DNA of 64,000 nt, from assembly GCA_963825135.1 (NCBI GenBank), contig CAWGRW010000009.1:288001-352000 (forward strand), read 5' to 3'. The notes below the pieces were generated by a model, which had not been told where the DNA came from, did no database searches, and worked only from the letters and a program-made list of their open reading frames with translations. The stretch comes from an uncultured bacterium. GTDB taxonomy: Bacteria; Desulfobacterota_D; UBA1144; Nemesobacterales; UBA2774. This document shows positions 7,626 through 17,981 of the stretch, piece after piece (positions within the stretch are counted from its first letter, which is position 1; the number at the start of each line of letters is the position of its first letter). The translations under genes and the position numbers were made by a program.

Positions 7626-10600
7626 ATGAGGAGCGCCGGTTCCAGGGAAAATCTCGAGAGACTCATAGGCGGGCTCGAAAAAAAGAGGAGGAAATACCTG
7701 CTCTTGAGAGGAGTTTCGTTCACTGCTCTCGTGTTCCTCTCGACGCTTACGGCCGTATCCCTCCTCTCGCTCCCCTCATCGGCCCCCCTCTACTACCCGG
7801 CGCTCAAGGCGGCGCTCGCGCTGAGCCTCGCATACTGCCTGTACTGGTTCATTTACGTACCGCTTATCAAAAACAGGTCCGGCGGGGAAACGATCGCGGA
7901 GCTCGAGAAAACCTCGGCGGGGCTCGGCGAGGACGCGCTGAGCGCGTTTGAGCTGAACGAGGCGGTAAAAACCTGGGACAATACGCGCGGCACATCGGAG
8001 ACCCTGGCCCTCGCCCACATCGGGAATGTCGCGGGAAAGCTTGCGTCCCTCGATCAGGGCCGCCTGTTCCCCGTAAGAGAGCTCAGAAAATACGCGCTCC
8101 CTTTAGCGGGCGCGGCAGTCATTACGGCAGTCGCGCTTCTCGCAGCCCCCCGCGAATTTACGGGCTATATATTCAGCCCGGATATCACACCGTCGTCCGG
8201 AGGGCCCTATCTCAGGCTCGCCGACATAGAGATAACGCTCAGCTATCCCGGTTATACGAAATCGCCCGCCGAAACCCTGAAGAACGGCACCGGAGACATC
8301 GAGGCCCTGAAGGGGACGAGGGTAAGGATCGAGGCGAGGCCCCTGAGCGGGTACGGCGGGGGGAAGCTCGTAACCGACAGCGGTGCCTCCTACCCCGTAA
8401 TAATAAAAGACGGGAAGATCAGCGCCGAGTTCACTATCCTCGGGAACGGGAGCTACGAGATTACGGAAGGGACCGGAGGCTTCAGGACGAGGCCTTTCAA
8501 GATCAGCTCCATTGATGACAAAAAACCGGAAATCAGGATAAGCAGCCCTCAGGGAAACGAGATCGAACTTGACGCCGACAGCAGGATCGATATCGATTAC
8601 AAGGCCGGCGACGACTACGGGCTTGCCGAGTTCAGGCTCACCTGGGAAGGAGACGCCGGGAAATCGGGCAAGCTCATCGGAAAGGCGAAGGAGGCCCCGG
8701 AGACCTACGAAGGGAAGTACACGCTCGACGCCGGGGGCCTCGATTTCGGGAGCGGGGACTCGCTCAAGCTGCGCGTGGAAGCGCTCGATAACGATTCCGT
8801 CTCGGGACCGAAGTCAGGGGTTTCGAACGCGATCACCGTCAGGCTGAAGGACGCATCCAGACTGCACAGGGACGTGGTCGCCAATTCCGAGCAGCTGATG
8901 GAGGAGATGCTGGGCGTACTCGGAGACGAGATAGAAATCTCCTCAGGCGCGAAGAGCCGCGCGGCGGCCGGGAAGATGACGCCCGCGCCCGATGCAGATG
9001 ATTCCGAGAAGATGCTCGATACGCAGCGGAAGCTCACGGAGAGCATTGAAAGCGCGTCCGTTACGCTCAAGAAAACACTCGAGGGGATGAAGGAAGACAA
9101 CCGCTCCGATTACACCTACTTCGCGGGGCTCGCGAACATGGACGCTAGGATAGACGGGCTTCTAGACGAGCGCCGGGGGGTATTCGAGAACTTCGCGAGC
9201 GTCGACATACCGCGGGCGGGCAGGATGATGCAGAGGGAGATCGCCGAATTCGAGGACGACGCGCTGTTTCTCGACTCGATGATAAAGGGCGAGAAGCTAA
9301 GGGACTCGCTGCTTTCGGGCAGGGAGCTCATGAAAGAGTACGCGGAGCTCTCGGAGATGATGAAGAAGCTCGGCGGGAAGGGCGACGAAGCCCTCAAAGC
9401 GGAAATACAGAAGAAGCTCGACCGGCTCGGCGAGCTTATGTCCGAGCTTGCCCGGAAGATGAGCGCTATGAGCGGGGACGTTCAGGAGGGTTTCCTCAAC
9501 CGGGACGCGTTTAAGTCGATAGACATGCAGAAGAAGCTCGCCGAGATTGCGAAGCTCATGAAGGAAGGGGATATCCAGAAGGCGATGCAGATGATGGCGG
9601 GCCTCGAGCAGAGCCTCCAGAGTATGATGGCCTCGCTCGAGAGCGGCTTGCAGTCCTTCGGCATGTCGTCCCTTTCCCAGGACATGTCCAAGCTGAACGA
9701 GATCATAGCGAGGCTCGACGGGCTCGAAAAGGAGGAGGCCGGGCTTAAGGACAGGACGCAGGGCCTCAAAGACTCTCTCCTCAAGAAAAACGGCTCAGGC
9801 AGCGATAACATCCGAAACTTCATAGATAAGGAGAAGGAAAAGGTAGAGGGGATAAAAAAGAACCTGTCGCTTGCAAAATCGAAGGTCGCGAAAGGCGGAC
9901 AGGACGAAAGCTCTCCCGAAGCCGCTTATCTCCTCGACAGCCTCAGGCAAAAGGCCGAGGAGTTAACGAACTGGCTCGATTCGATGCAAATGAAGGAAGC
10001 GCAGAAGAACGCTGAAAACGTAGAGGAGACCTCGAAGGGACTCCTCGATCTGGGAGACGCCGGCGTCGGCAATCTAAAAGACGCGAGAGAGGAGATCGGG
10101 AAGTCGAGGCGGTTAGCCGGTGAGATCGCCCGGGACCTTGAGAGGTTCGAGCACTCCGGGGAGGAAACGCCCGAATCCTCCGGAATGGCGAAGAGACAGG
10201 AAGAGGTCAAGAATGAGACGGCGGGGCTTTCGGACGAGCTCGACAAAATGAAGAACGAGACGCTTCTCAGCCCCGGCATAGGCGAAGATGTGGGAGACGC
10301 TCAGAGCCACATGGGGAGGGCGTCCGACAACCTCGGAGGGAACGAGCTCTCGAAAGCCATTTCGAACCAGGGCGAGGCGGTCAAGTCGCTGAAAGAGGCG
10401 CGTGAGAAAGCACAGAGCCTTCTTCAGAAGATGCAGGCCAGCGCGCAGGGGAGCGGCTCTCCCGTACCGATGGTGCTCGGCCGGCAGCAGACGGGACAGG
10501 GAACCCAGGGAGCCGACACCGAGTACGTAGAGATACCGGAGGCGGCCGAGACCGAGATAGGGAAGGAATTCAAGGAGAAGATACTCGAGGCTATGAAAGG

Positions 10601-10661
10601 AGGCTCGCCCGAGGGTTTCAGCGAGCTCAACAAGAAATATTACGACAGGATTATAAAATGA
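7626..10661 (+). CDS. Large membrane-anchored coiled-coil protein (DUF4175-like)
   Basis: Three N-terminal TM segments, an Ig-like region (YKAGDDYGL, EALDND) and a long Q/E/M/K coiled coil ending KYYDRI. Confidence 0.75.
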   Translation: MRSAGSRENLERLIGGLEKKRRKYLLLRGVSFTALVFLSTLTAVSLLSLPSSAPLYYPALKAALALSLAYCLYWFIYVPLIKNRSGGETIAELEKTSAGLGEDALSAFELNEAVKTWDNTRGTSETLALAHIGNVAGKLASLDQGRLFPVRELRKYALPLAGAAVITAVALLAAPREFTGYIFSPDITPSSGGPYLRLADIEITLSYPGYTKSPAETLKNGTGDIEALKGTRVRIEARPLSGYGGGKLVTDSGASYPVIIKDGKISAEFTILGNGSYEITEGTGGFRTRPFKISSIDDKKPEIRISSPQGNEIELDADSRIDIDYKAGDDYGLAEFRLTWEGDAGKSGKLIGKAKEAPETYEGKYTLDAGGLDFGSGDSLKLRVEALDNDSVSGPKSGVSNAITVRLKDASRLHRDVVANSEQLMEEMLGVLGDEIEISSGAKSRAAAGKMTPAPDADDSEKMLDTQRKLTESIESASVTLKKTLEGMKEDNRSDYTYFAGLANMDARIDGLLDERRGVFENFASVDIPRAGRMMQREIAEFEDDALFLDSMIKGEKLRDSLLSGRELMKEYAELSEMMKKLGGKGDEALKAEIQKKLDRLGELMSELARKMSAMSGDVQEGFLNRDAFKSIDMQKKLAEIAKLMKEGDIQKAMQMMAGLEQSLQSMMASLESGLQSFGMSSLSQDMSKLNEIIARLDGLEKEEAGLKDRTQGLKDSLLKKNGSGSDNIRNFIDKEKEKVEGIKKNLSLAKSKVAKGGQDESSPEAAYLLDSLRQKAEELTNWLDSMQMKEAQKNAENVEETSKGLLDLGDAGVGNLKDAREEIGKSRRLAGEIARDLERFEHSGEETPESSGMAKRQEEVKNETAGLSDELDKMKNETLLSPGIGEDVGDAQSHMGRASDNLGGNELSKAISNQGEAVKSLKEAREKAQSLLQKMQASAQGSGSPVPMVLGRQQTGQGTQGADTEYVEIPEAAETEIGKEFKEKILEAMKGGSPEGFSELNKKYYDRIIK

Positions 10662-12283
10662 AGTCAGCCGGTTTATTAACCAGAACGATATTCCCCATTC
10701 TCATGCTCCTCTCGTCGGCTGCCTACGGGGCCCCCGCGCCTGAGGAAAACCTCACGCAAATACTTCGGGACGGGGAGACCGACATAAGGAAATGGAAAAT
10801 CGACGACGCGTCCGTTGAGGCGGATAAGGCCATAGAGATTGCGGACTCAGACGAGGAAAAGCACGACGCGTATTACCTGAAAGCCGTCGTCGAGTACTAT
10901 CTCGGCAACTACGGAGAGGCCCGGGAGTACGCCGGCAAGGCGCTTGGCGCAGGCCCTACCGGCGAAAAGGATGAAGAAGACGGTTTTATGGAATTCATAA
11001 AACGCTCCGTAGAGAAAAAGCCCGAGTTTAAGGAGCTGAAATCGGATCACTTCACGTTCAGGTATGCGCACCCCGAAGACTACATAATAGCGGAGTACGG
11101 AAAAGACGTGCTCGAGAAGTCCCGGTTCGAGATAGGGCTCGACCTGGAGGAGTATCCGAAAGATACCGTGATAGTGGAGATATACCCCGACCTCGAGAGC
11201 TTTACCGCGGCCACGACACTCCCGCCCGAGAACGTGGAGAAGACGGGAGTCATCGGCATATGCAAGTTCAACAGGATTATGATACTGTCCCCGCGGCTCC
11301 TGCCCAAAGGCTACTCGTGGTCGGACACGCTCGCGCACGAATACACCCACTACCTCGTGTTCCTCAAGAGCGAGAACACGGTCCCGGTGTGGCTCCACGA
11401 GGGCATCGCGAAATACGAGGAATCGAGGTGGAGGAAGGAGAAGCGCAACGTGCTGACCCCCTTCTACGAAACCATACTGGCCCAGGCGCTCGAGAAGGAC
11501 GAGTTCGTCCCCATAAAAAAGATGCACCCGTCGCTGGCGCTCCTCGATAACGCGAGAGAGGCGCAGCTCGCGTTCGCCCAGGCCGGGACCAGCGTGAACT
11601 TCCTCGTCGACAGGTGGGGGAACGAAGCGCTCGTAGGACTCCTCGAAGCGATGAAGGAGAGGGACGATTTTAACCTGGCCCTCGAGGATGTCACGGGACT
11701 CGACTTCGACGCTTTTTACGGATCGTGGAAAAAGTATCTCCGCAGTAAAAATTTGAGCGAGAAGATACCGGGCGTTAAGGTGAAAGGCATCAGGATAAGC
11801 AGAACGGAAGGGAAAAAGGGCGACGGGAGCGAGGACCTCGTCGATATAGACAACGGCAAGGCGCGCGGCCACACGAGGCTGGGCGACCTGCTGAGCACGA
11901 GGGGCAGGCTCCGCTCCGCGTCATACGAATACGAAAAAGCGCTCGGCTTCGACCCGGGTTCTCCGCTCATATCCACGCGCCTCGCGTCCGCGCTCGACGG
12001 CTCCGGGGAGACGGACAGGGCGCTCGGTATTCTCGACCCGCTCCTTGAGTTTTATCCGGAGAACGTGGACATACACATCGTTCTCGGAAGAATATATATC
12101 GAAAAAGGGAATGCCCGGAAGGCCGAGGAATCATACCTCGCCGCGGTCTCGATAAACCCGTTCGACCCCGAGGTGCATACGGCGCTTGCCGCCATATACG
12201 AAAAAGAGGGAAGGAAGGAAGAGGCGGGAAGAGAGAGGAAAATTCTCGACATACTAACGAAAAAGGACGAAGAACATGAATAA
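10658..12283 (+). CDS. Exported TPR protein with a gluzincin (peptidase MA-like) domain
   Basis: Signal peptide, TPR-like helices, HEYTH and PVWLHEGIA. Confidence 0.8.
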   Translation: MKSAGLLTRTIFPILMLLSSAAYGAPAPEENLTQILRDGETDIRKWKIDDASVEADKAIEIADSDEEKHDAYYLKAVVEYYLGNYGEAREYAGKALGAGPTGEKDEEDGFMEFIKRSVEKKPEFKELKSDHFTFRYAHPEDYIIAEYGKDVLEKSRFEIGLDLEEYPKDTVIVEIYPDLESFTAATTLPPENVEKTGVIGICKFNRIMILSPRLLPKGYSWSDTLAHEYTHYLVFLKSENTVPVWLHEGIAKYEESRWRKEKRNVLTPFYETILAQALEKDEFVPIKKMHPSLALLDNAREAQLAFAQAGTSVNFLVDRWGNEALVGLLEAMKERDDFNLALEDVTGLDFDAFYGSWKKYLRSKNLSEKIPGVKVKGIRISRTEGKKGDGSEDLVDIDNGKARGHTRLGDLLSTRGRLRSASYEYEKALGFDPGSPLISTRLASALDGSGETDRALGILDPLLEFYPENVDIHIVLGRIYIEKGNARKAEESYLAAVSINPFDPEVHTALAAIYEKEGRKEEAGRERKILDILTKKDEEHE

Positions 12284-13307
12284 CGAACTCGAATCGAGAG
12301 AAGACAGGGAAAAGGTGGAAGAGCTCGCGGAAGCCAGGGGCGGGATAGTGCGCGAGATCGGCAAGGCCATAGTGGGACAGGATAAGGTGATAGACCACCT
12401 GCTCATCTCCCTTATGTCCTCGGGCCATTCCCTCTTCGTAGGCGTCCCGGGTTTAGCGAAGACCCTTCTCGTGAGCACGCTTACACAGGTGCTCAACCTC
12501 AAATTCAACCGCGTCCAGTTCACGCCAGACCTCATGCCGTCGGACATCACGGGCTCAGAAGTGCTCGAAAAAGACCCGACCTCGGACACGAGGTTCTTCA
12601 GATTCATCCACGGCCCCATATTCTGCAACATCCTGCTCGCGGACGAGATAAACAGGGCCTCGCCCAAGACGCAGGCGGCACTGCTTCAGGCGATGCAGGA
12701 GAAGAAGGTGACGGTCGGCGGGGAGACCTACCCCATCGCTGCCCCGTTCCTCGTGTTCGCCACCCAGAACCCGATAGAGCAGGAGGGCACCTACCCTCTG
12801 CCCGAGGCGGAGCTCGACAGGTTCATGTTCCAGATAGACGTCTCATACCCGTCGTACGAAGAAGAGATTGAGATAGTGAAGACGACGACCGGCACGTACA
12901 AGCCCGAACCTCAGAAGATTCTCGACTCGAAAAAGATACTCGAATACCAGGAGCTCGTTCACAGGGTACCGGTCCCGGACCACGTCGCAGCATACGCAGT
13001 AAAGGTGGCCAGGGCGACCAGGCCTGATGACCCGGGCACGCCGGAGTCGGTCAGGCACGGGGTTTCATGGGGAGTGGGGCCGAGGGCGTCTCAGTACCTT
13101 ATCCTGGGAAGCAAGGCCCGCGCGGTACTGTCGGGAAGGTACGCCCCGACTACGGACGACGTGAAGGCCATAGCGCCCGCGGTGCTCAAGCACAGGGTGG
13201 TCCTCAATTTCAGGGCCGAAGCGGAGGGCGTAAAGCCCGACGATATTATTCGGGAGATCCTGGATAAGATCGATCCGCTCGGGGACGCTCGTCTCCGAGC
13301 TTCCTGA
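12276..13307 (+). CDS. MoxR-family AAA+ ATPase
   Basis: GVPGLAKT, RVQFTPDLMPSDITG, LADEINRA, ATQNPIEQEGTYPLPEAELDRF. Confidence 0.95.
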   Translation: MNNELESREDREKVEELAEARGGIVREIGKAIVGQDKVIDHLLISLMSSGHSLFVGVPGLAKTLLVSTLTQVLNLKFNRVQFTPDLMPSDITGSEVLEKDPTSDTRFFRFIHGPIFCNILLADEINRASPKTQAALLQAMQEKKVTVGGETYPIAAPFLVFATQNPIEQEGTYPLPEAELDRFMFQIDVSYPSYEEEIEIVKTTTGTYKPEPQKILDSKKILEYQELVHRVPVPDHVAAYAVKVARATRPDDPGTPESVRHGVSWGVGPRASQYLILGSKARAVLSGRYAPTTDDVKAIAPAVLKHRVVLNFRAEAEGVKPDDIIREILDKIDPLGDARLRAS

Positions 13308-14826
13308 CGACAGCGGTACTCGGGAACTTATTCTGAAGGAGCGCCTCCACCGAAGGCTCCATCCTGGACAGGAACGGCTTCGGGAATATACCCATCACGA
13401 ACATCATTATCGCGATAGGGAGGAGCACGAGTATCTCTCTCAGGTTTATATCGTGGAGCGTCTTGTTTTCCTGTTTATCTAACGGGCCGAACATGACCTT
13501 CTGATACGCCATCAGCATGTAAACGGCGCCCAGTATTATGCCCGTCGCACCTAGCGCAGCATAGACGTAATTGAATTCAAATGTGCCGAGCAGTATCAGG
13601 AACTCCCCGACGAACCCGTTCAGTAACGGGAGTCCGATCGACGAAAGCGTTGCCAGCATGAAGAACGCGGCGAATATCGGCATGACCTTCGCTATCCCTC
13701 CGAATTCGGCTATCTTCTTCGTATGCCTCCTCTCGTATATCATCCCTACGATGAGGAAGAGCGCCCCTGTAGAGAGCCCGTGGTTGATCATCTGGTATAT
13801 GCCGCCCTCGACGCCCTGAATGTTGAGCACGAATATGCCGAGCATGACCATCCCCAGGTGGCTCACGCTCGAATACGCGACGAGCTTTTTCAAATCCTTC
13901 TGCGCAAACGCGACGAACGCCCCGTAAATAATGCCTATTATCGCGATCGCGATGAGTATCGGCAGGTACCGCTCCGTAGCCAGCGGAAAAAGCGGCAGGA
14001 GGAAACGGACGAATCCGTACGTACCCATCTTCAGCAGCACGCCCGCCAGTATTACGCTTCCCGCCGTGGGGGCCTCGACGTGAGCGTCGGGGAGCCACGT
14101 ATGGAACGGGAAGAGCGGCACCTTGATCGCGAACGCCAGGAAGAACGCCAGGAACGCTAGGCCCTGCGGGCTGAGGATTCCGTCAAACGGTATCGTCAGC
14201 TTGTAGAAATCGAGCACGTCCATGGACGGCGCGCCGAACTGCTTTACGTGCTGGAAGAACAGATAGAGTATGGCTATCAGCATGAGGGCGCTTCCGAACG
14301 CCGTATAGAGGAAGAACTTCACGGCCGCGTATATCCTTCTTTCCGTCCCCCATATCCCGATAATGAAATACATCGGTATGAGCACCGCCTCCCAGAAGAC
14401 GAAAAAGAGGATCATGTCGAGGGCGGCGAACGTCCCTATTAGCGCGGTCTCCAGGAGCAGCATCAGTATGAGGAATTCCCTTATGCCCTTGTGGATCGCG
14501 TGCCAGGAGCTCAGTATCGTAATTGGCATCATGAACGTCGTCAGAAGCACGAGGAAAAGGCTTATGCCGTCGAGACCGACGTGATAACTAATACCGAGAT
14601 TGGCTATCCAGGGTATCTTCGTCTCGAACTGCATCCCGGGGACTCCCCCGGCAAACGATGTGAAGAGCGGGATAGACAGCACGAACTCGACGAGGCTCAC
14701 AAGGAGGGCGGCTGTCTTCATCTCCGCGGAGCCTTTATATATATAGGAAAGCAGCGCTATGAGCGGTATTCCGGCGAGAGGGAAAAATATGACGAGAGAA
14801 AGATTTCCGCTCAGTAACGATTCCAT
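13246..14826 (-). CDS. nuoM: NADH-quinone oxidoreductase subunit M (stand-alone copy)
   Basis: FFVFWE, AVKFFLYT, KVPLFPFHTWLPDAHVEAPTAGS, LKMGTYG, AYSSVSH. Confidence 0.93.
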   Translation of the reverse strand: MESLLSGNLSLVIFFPLAGIPLIALLSYIYKGSAEMKTAALLVSLVEFVLSIPLFTSFAGGVPGMQFETKIPWIANLGISYHVGLDGISLFLVLLTTFMMPITILSSWHAIHKGIREFLILMLLLETALIGTFAALDMILFFVFWEAVLIPMYFIIGIWGTERRIYAAVKFFLYTAFGSALMLIAILYLFFQHVKQFGAPSMDVLDFYKLTIPFDGILSPQGLAFLAFFLAFAIKVPLFPFHTWLPDAHVEAPTAGSVILAGVLLKMGTYGFVRFLLPLFPLATERYLPILIAIAIIGIIYGAFVAFAQKDLKKLVAYSSVSHLGMVMLGIFVLNIQGVEGGIYQMINHGLSTGALFLIVGMIYERRHTKKIAEFGGIAKVMPIFAAFFMLATLSSIGLPLLNGFVGEFLILLGTFEFNYVYAALGATGIILGAVYMLMAYQKVMFGPLDKQENKTLHDINLREILVLLPIAIMMFVMGIFPKPFLSRMEPSVEALLQNKFPSTAVVRKLGDERPRADRSYPGSPE

Positions 14827-15107
14827 TTATGGTTGATTCCTCAGTATGGTGGTGCAGCAGCCGTTTACAGGGGTTTAAATATACTTGAGGCGGGGGATGT
14901 TTCAAGAATTCGGACCGATTTAATGAAAGGGGGATCGTTACGGGCTTTCCCGGACGCATAAGATGAGGGAATTGCCTTGTTCCGGTCCGGCCATTCCGGA
15001 AATACGCCGATCATGAAAGTGTTCATGCGGCAGGGAATGCGGGATTTGACTTTCCTCCGCGTTTTCCTTAATAATAACTTCCGTAAGGACGGCGGCGTAT
15101 CGAACAT

Positions 15108-15605
15108 ATGACCACTCCAGCGAAGAAACCTCCGGTCGGCATCATAATGGGCTCCCAGTCGGACTGGGAGACGATGAAGCACGCCGCGGAGACTCTCGAC
15201 GCCTTAAAGATACCCTACGAAAGTAAAATAGTTTCCGCGCACCGCACCCCGGAGCGTTTATATGAATACGCCCGGACCGCGCGCGGGCGCGGGCTGAAAG
15301 TGATTATAGCGGGCGCGGGCGGCGCGGCTCACCTGCCGGGTATGACGGCCGGCATGACCACGATCCCTGTCTTGGGCGTGCCTGTAGAGAGTAAAACGCT
15401 CAAGGGCCTCGACAGTCTGCTATCGATCGCCCAGATGCCCGCCGGTATCCCCGTCGGCACGCTCGCCATCGGCACGCCCGGGGCTAAGAACGCCGCCCTT
15501 CTCGCGGCAGCTATACTTTCGATTTCGGACGAGAAAATCGCGGCCCGGCTCGAAGCGTTCCGCAAAAAACAGACAGCGGGCATAGCCGTAAAACCCAGGC
15601 GTTAA
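15108..15605 (+). CDS. purE: N5-CAIR mutase
   Basis: [32 protein letters not shown]. Confidence 0.97.
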   Translation: MTTPAKKPPVGIIMGSQSDWETMKHAAETLDALKIPYESKIVSAHRTPERLYEYARTARGRGLKVIIAGAGGAAHLPGMTAGMTTIPVLGVPVESKTLKGLDSLLSIAQMPAGIPVGTLAIGTPGAKNAALLAAAILSISDEKIAARLEAFRKKQTAGIAVKPRR

Positions 15606-15615
15606 AAAGAACCGG

Positions 15616-16707
15616 ATGATATTCGAATCGATCACACTCGGCATACTCGGCGGCGGTCAGCTTGGTCGCATGAGCGCGCTCGCCGCGGCCCGGCTCGGCA
15701 TAAAGGTCCACATTTACACACCCGAAAAAGACAGCCCGGCCGGGCAGGTCGCGGCGAAGACGTTCACCGGGGAGTACGGCGACAAGAGGAAGCTGAAGGC
15801 GTTCGCCGAGAGCGTGGACGTCGTGTCGTACGAGTTCGAGAACATCCCGGTCGAAACCGTGCGGTATATCCGTAAGCTCCGTCCCGTTTATCCGAACAGC
15901 AGGCTGCTCGAGATCTCACAAAACCGTATCACCGAAAAGAAATACCTGAACGACATAGGCATTCCCACGGCGAAGTGGGCCCCTGTCCGGAGCGCGCACG
16001 ATATAGAACTTGCCGTGAGCGAAATTGGAGGAAAGAAATTCATACTGAAAACCGCGCGGCTCGGATACGACGGCAAGGGACAGCTCGTCCACAGACTTAC
16101 GGACGACCCCGGGAAGAGCTGGAATAAATTGAATTCGAGAGAGCTGATTCTCGAAGAGATAGTCGATTTCTCGTGCGAGGTTTCGGTGATAATAGCGCGC
16201 GACATGCAGGGGAATAGCGCGCTCTACGGCCCCGTGCTGAACGAGCACAAGGACCACATCCTTTCCCGGAGCATAGTCCCCGCGCCGATACACGCACGCT
16301 CTGCCGTGCGCGCTCGCGAGACTGCGCACCTGCTTGCCGACGCTGCGGGCCTTGTCGGTGTGCTTGCGCTCGAGATGTTCATCACGAAGGACGGCAGGAT
16401 ACTGGCGAACGAGATCGCCCCCCGCACACACAATTCAGGGCACTGGACTATCGACGCCTGCGCCTGCTCCCAGTTCGAGCAGCACGTGCGCACCGTCTGC
16501 GGACTGCCCGTTGGCGACCCCGCCCGGCATTCGGACGCCGAGATGATTAACCTCATAGGCAAAGACGTCACGAAGATTGCGAAGTGGTATAAAACAGAAA
16601 ACGCGTGCATACACCTCTACGGCAAGTCCGAGATCAAGGACGGCCGCAAGATGGGACACGTGACGATTTTAAAGCCCCTGACCGCACCCCGTAAACGAAG
16701 CCGCTGA
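15616..16707 (+). CDS. purK: N5-CAIR synthase
   Basis: GILGGGQLGRM, EFENIP, GYDGKGQ, NEIAPRTHNSGHWT, GRKMGH. Confidence 0.97.
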   Translation: MIFESITLGILGGGQLGRMSALAAARLGIKVHIYTPEKDSPAGQVAAKTFTGEYGDKRKLKAFAESVDVVSYEFENIPVETVRYIRKLRPVYPNSRLLEISQNRITEKKYLNDIGIPTAKWAPVRSAHDIELAVSEIGGKKFILKTARLGYDGKGQLVHRLTDDPGKSWNKLNSRELILEEIVDFSCEVSVIIARDMQGNSALYGPVLNEHKDHILSRSIVPAPIHARSAVRARETAHLLADAAGLVGVLALEMFITKDGRILANEIAPRTHNSGHWTIDACACSQFEQHVRTVCGLPVGDPARHSDAEMINLIGKDVTKIAKWYKTENACIHLYGKSEIKDGRKMGHVTILKPLTAPRKRSR

Positions 16708-16764
16708 ATAAGTCTCATCTATCGGACCTCGAAAGAGGCTATTTTAAACAGCCTTGGACTACAA

Positions 16765-17508
16765 TCAGGCGTTGAAGCCGCCGTCTATAGTCAGACTCGC
16801 GCCCGTGACGAAAGAGGCTTCGGGACCCGCGAGGTATGAGACCAGTCCAGCGATTTCGTCGGCTTCGGCGTATCGTCCGAGAGCTATCATGCTCTTCATC
16901 GACTCGGCGAACTCCCCTTCCGACGAGTTCATGTCCGTAGCGGTCGGGCCGGGCTGAACCGTGTTGACCGTGATGCCGCGGGGTCCGAGGTCGCGGGCAA
17001 GCCCGCGCGTGAGACCCGCGACTGCGGCTTTGGTCATGGCGTAAACAGCGCCCCCGATAAATGGTATACGGTCCCCGTTGACGCTCCCGATATTGATGAT
17101 GCGCCCGCCCTGACCCATGTGCAGCGACGCCTCCTGAGCCGCCGCAAACACGCCGCGTATGTTTACGGCGACCATGCGGTCGAAATCTTCGAGGGAGAAC
17201 TTATCTAGCGGAGCGACCACGAGAGCCCCGGCGTTATTGACCAGCACGTCGAGACGGCCGAGTGTTTTGACGGCATGATCGACCGCGTGTTTCACTGCCC
17301 CGGCGTCTCCGCTGTCGGCGCGAACGGCGAGGCCCCGTCCGCCCTCAGCCTCGATTGCGCGCACCACTTCATCGGCCTTCTGCTGTGCGCTTGCGAACGT
17401 GATGGCGACATCGGCCCCGTCCCGAGCGAGACGTTTCGCTATGGCCGCCCCTATGCCGCGCGACCCGCCCGTAACGAGCGCGACCTTCCCTTCGAGTTTT
17501 TTAGACAT
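16765..17508 (-). CDS. Short-chain dehydrogenase/reductase (3-oxoacyl-ACP reductase-like)
   Basis: TGGSRGIG, NNAG, YAMTK. Confidence 0.93.
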   Translation of the reverse strand: MSKKLEGKVALVTGGSRGIGAAIAKRLARDGADVAITFASAQQKADEVVRAIEAEGGRGLAVRADSGDAGAVKHAVDHAVKTLGRLDVLVNNAGALVVAPLDKFSLEDFDRMVAVNIRGVFAAAQEASLHMGQGGRIINIGSVNGDRIPFIGGAVYAMTKAAVAGLTRGLARDLGPRGITVNTVQPGPTATDMNSSEGEFAESMKSMIALGRYAEADEIAGLVSYLAGPEASFVTGASLTIDGGFNA

Positions 17509-17981
17509 ATCACTGCTCCTTTTGTGAATATTCTCATTTATCTACATACATATATGTTACGAACCTCGGCCGTCCCGCGCAAGCCGGGGGCCCCCCGGCA
17601 AGGCCTCCGCTAATCAACTGAGCGCCCGGCCCGGTTAATGGAAAGTCCCCGTGGGGGAGATTATTTATTCCGGCCTGCAATTAACCCGTATCCCCGTATA
17701 CACAGATGTGATAATATGATTTTAGAGAGCGTATGTACTGCACCCTTTTGTCAAGTTGGGTTTAAGTTGGGACCGAAGCTTTAATCTAAAAAAAATTGTG
17801 ATTTGTCAATCTGCAAGTGGGATTGATTTCATCTTACAACTGCGCCATTACAAAACACTCCTAACCTGCTATATTGTTTTATAATAAAAATGGGTTTCTG
17901 GCGGATTTGAATTGGTGATATCTGGGGGCACAAACCCCATTTATCTAGTTATACAGGATATAATAAGAGAGGATATTAAAA

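Noticed and set aside
14830..15107. Purine/ZTP riboswitch upstream of purE
   Set aside because: No aptamer consensus was seen, and a TTGACT promoter lies too close to the start to leave room.
17859..17955. attC-like hairpin upstream of the methyltransferase (AAATGGGTTTCTG / CACAAACCCCATTT, GTTATAC)
   Set aside because: No properly paired R''/R' boxes and no integron integrase. It is better seen as a degenerate REP-like palindrome.
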